A stretch of DNA of 64,000 nt. It comes from a virus. Lineage: Duplodnaviria > Caudoviricetes. Positions 19,964-28,791 of this stretch are shown here, piece after piece (position 1 is the stretch's first letter; each line of letters begins with the position of its first letter). Under the pieces are notes generated by a model, which saw only the letters and a list, made by a program, of their open reading frames with translations, did not search any database and had not been told where the DNA came from. The translations under genes and the position numbers were made by a program. The DNA is taken from IMG/VR virus record IMGVR_UViG_3300027542_000004, positions 32,655 to 96,654 of that record, one strand, 5' to 3'.

Positions 19964-20175
19964 CCATTGAAGAAGTCCTTACACTGATAAGCCGCATCGC
20001 ATTTATTCGCTGTCAAGGTTGTCTGATTGCCTTTTGGATAATGCTATGGCGACAGAACAGAGCGCGGAAGAAGCGCGAAGAAGAATACAGACGTGACTTT
20101 GAAGCCTTGCAGAATCTTTCGGGCGAGGAATATTGGAAAGCCTACGCTAAATTTAAGCAAAAGTACATCAAATAA
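19960..20175 (+). CDS. Small membrane protein
   Basis: Hydrophobic N-terminus; ATGA coupling. Confidence 0.55.
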   Translation: MTIEEVLTLISRIAFIRCQGCLIAFWIMLWRQNRARKKREEEYRRDFEALQNLSGEEYWKAYAKFKQKYIK

Positions 20176-20183
20176 ATAATGAC

Positions 20184-20753
20184 ATGAAATTACTGTTTTT
20201 CGATTTAGAAACGACCGGTACGCTGGTCAACAAGCACGGAATACACCAAATGTCCGGCTTCATCGTAATCGACGGCGAAATCAAGGAGAAATTCAATCTT
20301 CATGTTCGCCCCAATCCAATGGCGCAGATTGACCCCGCCGCATTAGAGGTGGCAGGTGTGACGGAAGCGCAAATCAAGGCTTACCCTCCGATGGAGCAGG
20401 TGTACGCCGGCTTCGTTGATAAGCTATCCCAGTACGTTGACCGCTACAACAAGAAAGACAAATTCTTTCTCGTCGGCTATAACAACGCATCATTCGACAA
20501 TCAGTTTCTCCGTGCGTGGTTCATTCAGAACGGCGATAAATACTTCGGCTCATGGTTTTGGGCAAACAGCATAGACGTGATGATAATGGCGACTCCTTAC
20601 CTCGCTGAACGTCGCGCCGAGATGGAAAACTTCAAACAAGGCACGGTCGCCAAAACCCTCGGCATAGTCGTGGAAGATGACAAGCTACACGATGCACTCT
20701 ACGACATCGAAATCTGCAAAGCCATCTACGACAAGGTTTGTGGAAAGTATTAA
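20184..20753 (+). CDS. DEDDh 3'-5' exonuclease (DnaQ-like)
   Basis: FFDLETTG, GYN..FD..FL, HDALYDI. Confidence 0.92.
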   Translation: MKLLFFDLETTGTLVNKHGIHQMSGFIVIDGEIKEKFNLHVRPNPMAQIDPAALEVAGVTEAQIKAYPPMEQVYAGFVDKLSQYVDRYNKKDKFFLVGYNNASFDNQFLRAWFIQNGDKYFGSWFWANSIDVMIMATPYLAERRAEMENFKQGTVAKTLGIVVEDDKLHDALYDIEICKAIYDKVCGKY

Positions 20754-20772
20754 CCCCTAACCATCATACCAA

Positions 20773-21555
20773 ATGAGAATCAAGAAGCAAAAATCGTTCA
20801 AGAACGGTACGGTGTACTGCCTTGAGCTGGAAGACGGAATGTTGGTTGAAACAACCGACACCTTTCTGCCTTACTACACCAAAGACGCAATCGGTCGCAA
20901 GCAGAATTTTCTTGACAACAATCAGCTCGGTAGTCGTGCGGAACGCTGGATGATAGGCGTATCCACAATGAGCGGATGCCCGGTTCATTGCAAATTCTGC
21001 GCTACCGGCAACATGAAGCGTTGGCGCAATCTTACGGCTGACGAAATTGTCGGTCAGGTGGAATTTGCCATCGCACAGGCAGGATTCAACCCGGCAGATG
21101 CCCGCGAGTTCAAAATCAACTACACGCGCATGGGTGAGCCTTTCTTGAACATCGACGCAGTTAAAGAAGCCATTGCCCGCATCACGGAAAAATATCCGAA
21201 CACACATCACTACGTTTCAACCATCGGCATCGCCGGCAGCGATTTCTCTTTTGTCAAGGGGAACGTGACGCTCCAGATAAGTCTGCATAGCTTTGACGAT
21301 GACAAGCGTAACTGGCTTATCCCTTACCCCAAGAAGATGACCATCGAAGAGCTGGGGCGCATACGCACGGAAAGCAACCTTAAAACGACCATCAACCTTA
21401 CACTCGTTGACGAGTCGGATTTCGATGCTGAAAAGCTGGCGAAGTATTTTGACAAGGATTATTTCTTTGTCAAGCTATCGCCCATCAATCCCAACAGCAT
21501 ATCGGAAAAGAACAATCTCGGTAACGGTGTTATCGAGGGCGTGAACATTGTATAA
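20773..21555 (+). CDS. RlmN/Cfr-like radical SAM protein lacking its C-terminal tail
   Basis: DG..VET, VS...GCPVHCKFC.TG, RNLTADEI..Q, MGEP, VST.G, ISLH. Confidence 0.85.
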   Translation: MRIKKQKSFKNGTVYCLELEDGMLVETTDTFLPYYTKDAIGRKQNFLDNNQLGSRAERWMIGVSTMSGCPVHCKFCATGNMKRWRNLTADEIVGQVEFAIAQAGFNPADAREFKINYTRMGEPFLNIDAVKEAIARITEKYPNTHHYVSTIGIAGSDFSFVKGNVTLQISLHSFDDDKRNWLIPYPKKMTIEELGRIRTESNLKTTINLTLVDESDFDAEKLAKYFDKDYFFVKLSPINPNSISEKNNLGNGVIEGVNIV

Positions 21556-21575
21556 CCACTTAACACAACAACCAC

Positions 21576-21695
21576 ATGGAAGCAATCAAGAAACAGCTTG
21601 AATCTATGGGTTACGATTATGCGGTAGCAATCGCAACCAAGTCGGAAATCGAAAACGGTGCTGCCTGCGGACAGCTCGCAATCATCGCCGAGTAA
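21576..21695 (+). CDS. 39-aa peptide carrying the RlmN-type AACGQL motif
   Basis: MEAIKKQLESMGYDYAVAIATKSEIENGAACGQLAIIAE; own A/C-rich leader; different frame from the upstream gene. Confidence 0.85.
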   Translation: MEAIKKQLESMGYDYAVAIATKSEIENGAACGQLAIIAE

Positions 21696-21758
21696 CCCGG
21701 AAACCGGCGGCTTGAGGAGTGCTTCGGTATTCTTCAAGTCGCCATTATCCTTGAAACG

Positions 21759-22223
21759 ATGGAAAAATTTCTATTGATACTCCCGGTGGTTGGTATGATT
21801 GTCGTTGTGGGCATCCCACTATGGGCATACCTGTCTTTCAAATCATACAAGCGGAAACTGCGCCGCGTCTATGACGAAATCAAGATTGGCGACCGCTACA
21901 AGTTTGAAATGCCGCCTCTACATCCGTTTGACGAATCTCATGTTTACAAGGCGACTATTATAGGCAAGACGTTAGCCCGTGGAAAATCCCCGTGGGTGCA
22001 ATATCGCTACGATGATATGCTATATCCGCAATACGAGAATAGATTTGCCAAGACCATCACAAAAGGTCTGATGGAAAGCCTTATCGAAGAGGCGAAGAAG
22101 CACATCGCCGAACACGAAAGCAACCCCAAATCAATGGTACATCCGGAGGTTCTTGCGCATTGGAAGAAAATCGCGCAAGGCATCCCTCCTTTCGGATACA
22201 AGGTCGTAGATGAAAAATTCTGA
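21759..22223 (+). CDS. Hypothetical membrane protein, possibly chimeric
   Basis: N-terminal TM segment; abrupt change of character at YDD/MLY. Confidence 0.55.
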   Translation: MEKFLLILPVVGMIVVVGIPLWAYLSFKSYKRKLRRVYDEIKIGDRYKFEMPPLHPFDESHVYKATIIGKTLARGKSPWVQYRYDDMLYPQYENRFAKTITKGLMESLIEEAKKHIAEHESNPKSMVHPEVLAHWKKIAQGIPPFGYKVVDEKF

Positions 22224-22242
22224 CTTAATATCATAAAACAAA

Positions 22243-23373
22243 ATGAAATTTACCATCAACAGTAAGGCTCTTTTGAGCCGTCTGGTTGCCGCCGGCAAAG
22301 CCGTAAGCAACCGACCCACGATTTCCATTCTGGGCAATTTCATGTTCGCCCTTGATGGGAAGACCGTCACAATCACCGCATCCGATACCGACAACGTGGT
22401 AATATCGCGCATTGAAGCCAACGATGCCGAGGGTGCTGGTAGTGTCTGCATCGATGCAAAGCGCGTCACGGAACTGCTCAAGGCAATGCCGGATTGCCCC
22501 GTGGTGTTTGACATCAACGATTCAACCCACGCAACCATCATCCGCTACACCAACGGAAAATACAATCTGTCTGGTCTGCCCACCATAGACTATCCCATTG
22601 GCGAGGCTGACGAAACGGAAGTCAAGGGCGTATTCACAATGCCAGCTTCGCAGATTCTCAAGGCACTGGATGTTGTCGGCTTCGCTACATCCAACGATGA
22701 ACTCCGCCCCATGCTGAACGGAGTGTATTGGGATATTACGGAAGATGCCGTTACATTCGTGGCAACCGACACCCATGTACTTGCAAAGTATCGTAGTACG
22801 CAGACCGCCCCCGGCAAGGTCATGAGCTTCAATCTGCCCAGTAAGTCAATCGCGCTTATCCGTGCGTTCATCGGAAAGCAGAGCGACATAAAGCTGACGG
22901 TCAGCGAAAGATTCGTCATCTTTGAGGGTAGCGACTTCAAGGTGCGCTCTACGCTTTATAATGGAATGTACCCGAACTACAACCGCGTTATTCCCGTCAA
23001 TCAGCCCATCTCTATCACGGTTGACCGCATGGACTTCGCTAACGCTATCACACGTGTTGCCATCTGCGCTGACGCACAGACACCGGTGCTTCGCCTCAAG
23101 ATTGCAGACGGAAAGATTGACATCGTGGCGCAGGACATCAGCTTCAACATCGGCGGCGAGGAGAAAGTGACGTGCGACTACAACGGAACACCGCTTGAAA
23201 TCGGATTCAGTTCAATCTACCTCAAGGGCGTACTTAACGCGATGAACACGCAGAACGTCGTGATAAAGCTGGCGGAGGCAAGCCGACCCGGATTGTTCCT
23301 ACCCGCTGAAAACGACGAATACGGCGAACTTACGCTTTTGTGTATGCCCATAAATATCCAGCAAACGACTTAA
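22243..23373 (+). CDS. dnaN: DNA polymerase III beta sliding clamp
   Basis: 376 aa; R..LNGV, VATD.H.LA, YPNY.RVIP, IGF...YL. Confidence 0.93.
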   Translation: MKFTINSKALLSRLVAAGKAVSNRPTISILGNFMFALDGKTVTITASDTDNVVISRIEANDAEGAGSVCIDAKRVTELLKAMPDCPVVFDINDSTHATIIRYTNGKYNLSGLPTIDYPIGEADETEVKGVFTMPASQILKALDVVGFATSNDELRPMLNGVYWDITEDAVTFVATDTHVLAKYRSTQTAPGKVMSFNLPSKSIALIRAFIGKQSDIKLTVSERFVIFEGSDFKVRSTLYNGMYPNYNRVIPVNQPISITVDRMDFANAITRVAICADAQTPVLRLKIADGKIDIVAQDISFNIGGEEKVTCDYNGTPLEIGFSSIYLKGVLNAMNTQNVVIKLAEASRPGLFLPAENDEYGELTLLCMPINIQQTT

Positions 23374-23672
23374 TGGGAAAAGAAAGAGGCGATTTAGCCG
23401 TAGGCAGAAAGTTCAATTTCAGAAACCATCACATCTATGCTTGTCAACATGGGATTGATACCCAAGAGATGCTTAAACAGGTTATAAAGCAGGAAAAGGA
23501 ATGGTGCGAAAGGAGCATATTCCTTGCAATTCAGCTCCATAATCTGATTGAATATGACGTAGAGGTGGATGATAATTATGAAGTGACTATTCATGCACGG
23601 CTTCGGGGCGTTGTGCCGCCCGAAAAGATGGAAGATGTAAGACGCCAGTCTAATGAAGAAAGCAATAAATAA
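23373..23672 (+). CDS. Hypothetical protein
   Basis: TAATG coupling. Confidence 0.6.
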   Translation: MGKERGDLAVGRKFNFRNHHIYACQHGIDTQEMLKQVIKQEKEWCERSIFLAIQLHNLIEYDVEVDDNYEVTIHARLRGVVPPEKMEDVRRQSNEESNK

Positions 23673-23796
23673 AATCAAAGACATCCTATTTGGGATTTTC
23701 GCAATTATCGTCTGTCTTATTCTTGCCGTCGTGCTTTGGCTGACGGGAGATAAGATGGATGATGATTACGACCCGTGGGATTGCTATCAGTAAGCT

Positions 23797-24252
23797 ATGC
23801 AGAGAATCATTAAATTTCGCGGAAAATCCGTTGCTGACGGTACATGGGTCTATGGCGACTTAATCCACATGAAAGGACGCAAGGTTGCGATATGGCCCAC
23901 GGAAGAGAAATACGATGGTGGCGCGATTGAGGTTATACCCGCTTCGGTGGGTCAGTACACCAATTCACGCGACTGCCTCAAGAAAGAAATCTACGAGGGT
24001 GACATTGTGCGCCAGAAATGGGAAACCACAGTGATAGATGAACACGATGACGCATATTCAGCAAAAGGAACGCAGACCGGAATTGTGGTGCTACGCACGA
24101 GGGGAGTCTGCATGTCACCCTGCCTGAAAGAAAACGACCTTACGGAAGATGCGCTGCTGACAAAGAATGTACCTGTTACCGGGTGGCGTTCTGAAATCAT
24201 CGGCAATACAACCGACAATCCCTCACTATTTGAGGAAATCTGTAACCCTTAA
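23797..24252 (+). CDS. YopX-family protein
   Basis: IKFRGK....WVYGDL, VGQYT, IYEGDI, IIGN..DNP.L. Confidence 0.85.
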   Translation: MQRIIKFRGKSVADGTWVYGDLIHMKGRKVAIWPTEEKYDGGAIEVIPASVGQYTNSRDCLKKEIYEGDIVRQKWETTVIDEHDDAYSAKGTQTGIVVLRTRGVCMSPCLKENDLTEDALLTKNVPVTGWRSEIIGNTTDNPSLFEEICNP

Positions 24253-24271
24253 CCAATTAACCCCAACTGCA

Positions 24272-24973
24272 ATGAAAAAGTACATCGGTACGAAGACGCT
24301 TAACGCCGAGCCTATGACAAAGGGCGAGGCTTATGACCGTTCTTTACTGCGTGGTGGAATAACACCCGTAGAGCGTGAAATCCTCGGCTATCATGTCGTT
24401 TATCCTGACGGCTATGAAAGCTGGTCGCCCAAAGACGTATTTGATGCGGCCTACAATGTCGCCGACACATTACTTGACCGCCTTAACATCGAATACAAAG
24501 AGCTTGACAAGAAAGCCGGCAAAATCGTTGAGTTCAGACTGACGGAAGCCTATAAGAATCTGCGCGACACCGACCGCGCCATGCTTGATGTTCAGTTCGA
24601 CACCATGATTAGCTATCTGAGCATCCTCGGTTGTCGCTCTACATCAGTGGAAACAGGTCAGGGCGGCTTCTGCGGTCTTGACTTCGGCACGGCAATCCAT
24701 CTCCTTGAACGTGGATACGTCATCCGTCGCAGCGGATGGAACGGCAAGGATATTGTCGTGTTCAAGCAAGTGCCGTCAAGCATCAAGAGCGACATCATTC
24801 CCAACATGCAATCCCTGCCCCTCAAGGCTAAAGAACTTATCATGGCCGGAAACAAGCGTATAGACTACACCTCGCAGTGTCTTATCTATAACACGAAGAC
24901 TGGTCGCGCCGATAGTTGGGTTCCATCTATCAGCGACGTGTTCGCCCATGACTGGGAGCTTGTAGCCGACTAA
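24272..24973 (+). CDS. Multidomain protein with C-terminal DUF2829/Tad2-like domain
   Basis: DFGTAI..L..G...RRSGWNGK and WVPS.SD.FA.DW; N-terminal GY.V.YPDGYESWSPK. Confidence 0.75.
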   Translation: MKKYIGTKTLNAEPMTKGEAYDRSLLRGGITPVEREILGYHVVYPDGYESWSPKDVFDAAYNVADTLLDRLNIEYKELDKKAGKIVEFRLTEAYKNLRDTDRAMLDVQFDTMISYLSILGCRSTSVETGQGGFCGLDFGTAIHLLERGYVIRRSGWNGKDIVVFKQVPSSIKSDIIPNMQSLPLKAKELIMAGNKRIDYTSQCLIYNTKTGRADSWVPSISDVFAHDWELVAD

Positions 24974-25071
24974 TCAATCATCCTATCTACCACGTGTAGA
25001 AAAGGAAACGGCGGCGTAGGCCGCGACAAGTCTGCGCCGCCTGCTTTTACCAATCACTAACATCACAAGAA

Positions 25072-25212
25072 ATGAGCAAGCAAGAACTTATAGAAGCATT
25101 GGAAAGTATGCCCGACGATGCCGTACTCTTTGTGGATGGCGGCTTTTACAATCTGGTTGAGGTCAGCAATGTAAAATACGACCCGTCGCAGAATATTATC
25201 GTCATCGAATAA
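25072..25212 (+). CDS. Small hypothetical protein (46 aa)
   Basis: MSKQELIEALESMPDDA... read by hand. Confidence 0.55.
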   Translation: MSKQELIEALESMPDDAVLFVDGGFYNLVEVSNVKYDPSQNIIVIE

Positions 25213-25216
25213 AGTT

Positions 25217-25648
25217 ATGACCGAGGAAGAAAAACGCGAGGCTTACGTCCGCACGGTGTTTGCCGGAAATGATGGCGACGTGTTCACGCGAAGCGACCTC
25301 CGCGCCTACATTGAAGAAGCATGGTCTGCCGGCTATGATGAGGGTGCGCGTGATTTTGGCGACACGGTAACGAATTATCCATTTCCATTAAGCGTATGGC
25401 CAACGCCCCTTTCCCGTTTTCAAGCCGATAAGCTGGCTAAAGAATTTGAAGCCCTTGACGAGATATGCAAGGACAGCGGATGTCGGGATGCGCTTATAAA
25501 AACGCTTTTTGAAGAAGCGGAAAAACAAGCCGAAGCGTTTATGCCACGTGACCTTATCGGCTCGGTTGAATACTTCGGCGACAAGTTAAAACTATTAAGA
25601 CTGAAATCAAATGAACGAACAGACGGAAAACAGCAAAGCAACTCTTAA
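25217..25648 (+). CDS. Hypothetical protein
   Basis: Operon ORF. Confidence 0.6.
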   Translation: MTEEEKREAYVRTVFAGNDGDVFTRSDLRAYIEEAWSAGYDEGARDFGDTVTNYPFPLSVWPTPLSRFQADKLAKEFEALDEICKDSGCRDALIKTLFEEAEKQAEAFMPRDLIGSVEYFGDKLKLLRLKSNERTDGKQQSNS

Positions 25649-25946
25649 AGACTGGCTAACATTCATCATCTTCACAATAGTAATCCTTTCATTAGGTATC
25701 ATAGCCGGTTTTTCAGCGGGAAGAAAACACCCGGCAGCATCGGTTAAGGATGAATGGCTGTCAGATGTGCGCAAGGAGGTTAATCTCTTGGAGTCATCTT
25801 TCAAGGAAGCGGAAGAAGAATATCAGTTTGGCATCGAACTGCGCGACTCCATCATTACCGCCATGAAGCGCGAAATCAGAAAAGGCGACAACGCCGAAGT
25901 TCCTATCAAAGTAAATATCAACATTACCGATGATAATAGCAAATAA
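25611..25946 (+). CDS. Hypothetical membrane protein
   Basis: Single TM segment. Confidence 0.6.
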   Translation: MNEQTENSKATLKDWLTFIIFTIVILSLGIIAGFSAGRKHPAASVKDEWLSDVRKEVNLLESSFKEAEEEYQFGIELRDSIITAMKREIRKGDNAEVPIKVNINITDDNSK

Positions 25947-26379
25947 AGACCTTGTAAGTGGTGATTACGTCAATCTTGATGCTGCTATTGCCTTGAGTAA
26001 GGTTGGCTATGACGTGCCGACGCATACTCATTACACCGGATATAAGGGTTACGGAAGCGTCAGCCTTACATCCAACACTGAAAAGCTGACAGGTGTAGGC
26101 AGTATGGTTGATAGACCCATCTTGCAAAAGGCGGTGGAATGGCTGCGCGAGCGTCGCAACATCTGCCTACGCATCAACTACGTCATGCAGACGCGCAAGT
26201 GGTTTTTCGACTACCTGAATATGAAAGATGGGAGCTATGACGATAGCACATCCACCTACGATGACACAACGGGCTATTACGATAGTTACAACGATGCCGT
26301 CAACGCCGGAATAGTTGCCATCTGCGAACACATCAAGGACAATGAAGATACGACAGGCGAAGAAAATCCTATTGGGTAA
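25930..26379 (+). CDS. Hypothetical protein, related to N-terminal part of 36871-37674
   Basis: P.L..A..WLR....I.. and Y..YE/NDA motifs. Confidence 0.65.
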   Translation: MIIANKDLVSGDYVNLDAAIALSKVGYDVPTHTHYTGYKGYGSVSLTSNTEKLTGVGSMVDRPILQKAVEWLRERRNICLRINYVMQTRKWFFDYLNMKDGSYDDSTSTYDDTTGYYDSYNDAVNAGIVAICEHIKDNEDTTGEENPIG

Positions 26380-26548
26380 GAATACATCCCGCGACTGCTA
26401 CCGCCGTATGCGCCCCGCCTATGAACGCGAAGACGGCACTATGGTATTTCCATCATGGCATGACATTCCACGGATAGCAAGGGTGAACAAACGACTACTC
26501 AGATACATTAACCGATTAAGCAATGAAGACAAAGAAAAACTTCTTTAA
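26342..26548 (+). CDS. Hypothetical protein
   Basis: MKIRQAKK start. Confidence 0.55.
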   Translation: MKIRQAKKILLGKNTSRDCYRRMRPAYEREDGTMVFPSWHDIPRIARVNKRLLRYINRLSNEDKEKLL

Positions 26549-27356
26549 GGGTAAATCCTTATACCGACCCACCGGCAAGGCTGGCGAATATTCCGCTTGG
26601 GCTTGCAACTTCTATACCGGGTGTTCAAATAACTGTTCATACTGCTACTGCAAGCGTGGCGTTATGAGCCATGTATGGAGCGAAGAGCCGATGTTTAAAA
26701 AATGCTTCAAGGACAACGACCATGCCATAGCGGTGTTTGAAAAGGAAATGCTCGCAAACATCGACGAACTGCGTAAGACGGGCATCTTTTTCAGCTTCAC
26801 TACCGACCCCATGATACCCGGCAAGACGCTTGAGCTTACGATGGAAGCGGTCAGCCTTGGGCTGCGTAATGACGTGCCGGTGCAGATACTTACCAAACGT
26901 GCGGATTGGCTTGATGCCGAGACGTGGAAAGCCATGTGCGCTACCATCAATCCCGACTACAAGAAAATCGCCATTGGCTTCACACTGACAAGGCGTGATG
27001 ACCTTGAGCCGGGTGCAAGTCCGCATACGGAACGCATAGCCGCCATGAAGCGTTGTCACGAACTGGGATGTCACACTTTCGCAAGTATTGAGCCGATTGT
27101 CGATATAGCCAATTCGGAATGGGCGATGAGTGATGCCTATCCCTACTGCGAACTGTTCAAGGTTGGTCTGATGAGCGGCGGCGCGAAACCCGACAAGCAC
27201 GAACTGAAAACACTTGTTGACAGATGGAATAGCACACTTGACAAGTCAGGCAAGAAGATATATTGGAAGCAGAGCGTAGTTGACTATCTGGGCGATGATT
27301 TCACGTTCTGGATGGACTCCTGCGTAGATGCCGACTACAACATATTCGACTATTAG
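26523..27356 (+). CDS. Radical SAM protein, spore-photoproduct-lyase-like family
   Basis: YTGCSNNCSYCY, TTDP, ILTK, LEPGAS..ER, SIEP. Confidence 0.8.
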   Translation: MKTKKNFFKGKSLYRPTGKAGEYSAWACNFYTGCSNNCSYCYCKRGVMSHVWSEEPMFKKCFKDNDHAIAVFEKEMLANIDELRKTGIFFSFTTDPMIPGKTLELTMEAVSLGLRNDVPVQILTKRADWLDAETWKAMCATINPDYKKIAIGFTLTRRDDLEPGASPHTERIAAMKRCHELGCHTFASIEPIVDIANSEWAMSDAYPYCELFKVGLMSGGAKPDKHELKTLVDRWNSTLDKSGKKIYWKQSVVDYLGDDFTFWMDSCVDADYNIFDY

Positions 27357-27405
27357 TATTGTTTTAAGGTAAATAAGATTGTTATTATAAATTGTACTTT
27401 TGCGG

Positions 27406-27436
27406 AGCGTGTCGTTGTGAAACGGTGCGCTTTTTT
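27406..27436 (+). terminator. Intrinsic terminator
   Basis: AGCGTGTCGTT-GTGA-AACGGTGCGCT plus T-run. Confidence 0.7.
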
Positions 27437-27560
27437 CGTTCTATTCCGTAGAAAGTTACGACCAAATAAATAAAGTCGTGAGTGTGCGTTTCCTTAATAA
27501 TGTGGTTGCTTTATTTAGTCGTAGTTTTGCGTAGAATACTTAAACCCCAAACTACATCCA

Positions 27561-28307
27561 ATGAAAGCTAAAATCTTTGCAAAACTAAAACAGGAGTATT
27601 CCTCTCTTGGGTTAGGCGATGAATATCTGATGTCAAAAGCCGATTCCCTTGCAGCGACCGGTCTTGTGACTGACGATAACATCGATGCTGTCGTGGCTTG
27701 CCAGCGTAAGGAGCTTGAGGGTCTTCAGAAAGCCAACGATAAGCGCGTCACTGATGCGCTTGAAAAAGAGCGTAAGAAGCATGAAGAAGAAACTCGCAAA
27801 AAGGAGCAGGAAGCCGAAGAAGCCCGTCGCAAAGCCGAGGAAGAAGCCGCCGCCAAAAAGAAAGGCGAGCATACCGACCCGGTTACAAACCCCGACGTTG
27901 AAGCCCTCCGCAAGCAGGTGGAAGAGCTGACCGCCGCCGGCAAGAAGCGCGACGAAGAATATGCGGCCAACCTGAAAACGCTTACCGAATCACGTGACAG
28001 TCTTGGAAAGCAGGTCAAGGAACTTGTTGACAAGAACGCCGCATCGGAAGCAGCCGCAGCCAAGGCAGCACGCAATGCGATGATAATGGCGAAAGCCAAA
28101 GAGTTGGGCGTTCCCCAGTGGCGTATCGACGAGGGCTTCACAATCGCGGAAGACGCGAGCGAGGAGGTCATCACCGAAACGCTGACAAAGGTTGCGAACA
28201 ATATCAACACAAACATCCTGCCGGGTAGTCGTGGCGGATTCCCCCTCGCCGGCAACGAGCCGACTAAGGAAGACCTCGCTTCGATAGCTGCAAGCCTTGT
28301 TAAGTAA
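27561..28307 (+). CDS. Capsid scaffolding protein
   Basis: Coiled-coil, E/K/A-rich; upstream of capsid genes. Confidence 0.75.
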   Translation: MKAKIFAKLKQEYSSLGLGDEYLMSKADSLAATGLVTDDNIDAVVACQRKELEGLQKANDKRVTDALEKERKKHEEETRKKEQEAEEARRKAEEEAAAKKKGEHTDPVTNPDVEALRKQVEELTAAGKKRDEEYAANLKTLTESRDSLGKQVKELVDKNAASEAAAAKAARNAMIMAKAKELGVPQWRIDEGFTIAEDASEEVITETLTKVANNINTNILPGSRGGFPLAGNEPTKEDLASIAASLVK

Positions 28308-28329
28308 CAACTAAACCCCAACGAGAATT

Positions 28330-28776
28330 ATGAAAAATGACATCTCACCCAACAAGGAAACGGTTGTCTTCGGTAATGATTCCTCAGTAATCCGCAAGTA
28401 CATTGCCGGCATCGCCGGTGGTCGTACACTGGACTGCTCGGATTTTGTCGATGACACTGTTCTCGCCGGCCACGTCATCATCAAAAAGGCCGACGGAAAG
28501 TATGCCCCGATGCCCGTCATCGCGGCTGTTCCCGCGAAGCCCGCACAGGGCGAAAACCCTACTGTTGCGGCTCAGCCCGCCAAGTACGGCACACTCCCTA
28601 CCGGCGCATCCTACGCCGGCGTTCTCTATCGCTCAATCAGTAAGAAAAACCCCGCTGCTTCCATTATGACGATAGGTATTGTCAATCCCGACATGACCCC
28701 CTATCCCATGACAGACATCCTGACCGCGTTCACGGCTGCCTGCAAAATTTCCTTTGAAAAGGACGAAGAAGCATAA
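28330..28776 (+). CDS. Head decoration/fibre protein
   Basis: GGRTLD...AGHVII; between scaffold and capsid. Confidence 0.7.
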   Translation: MKNDISPNKETVVFGNDSSVIRKYIAGIAGGRTLDCSDFVDDTVLAGHVIIKKADGKYAPMPVIAAVPAKPAQGENPTVAAQPAKYGTLPTGASYAGVLYRSISKKNPAASIMTIGIVNPDMTPYPMTDILTAFTAACKISFEKDEEA

Positions 28777-28791
28777 AAACCGAGTATCTGA

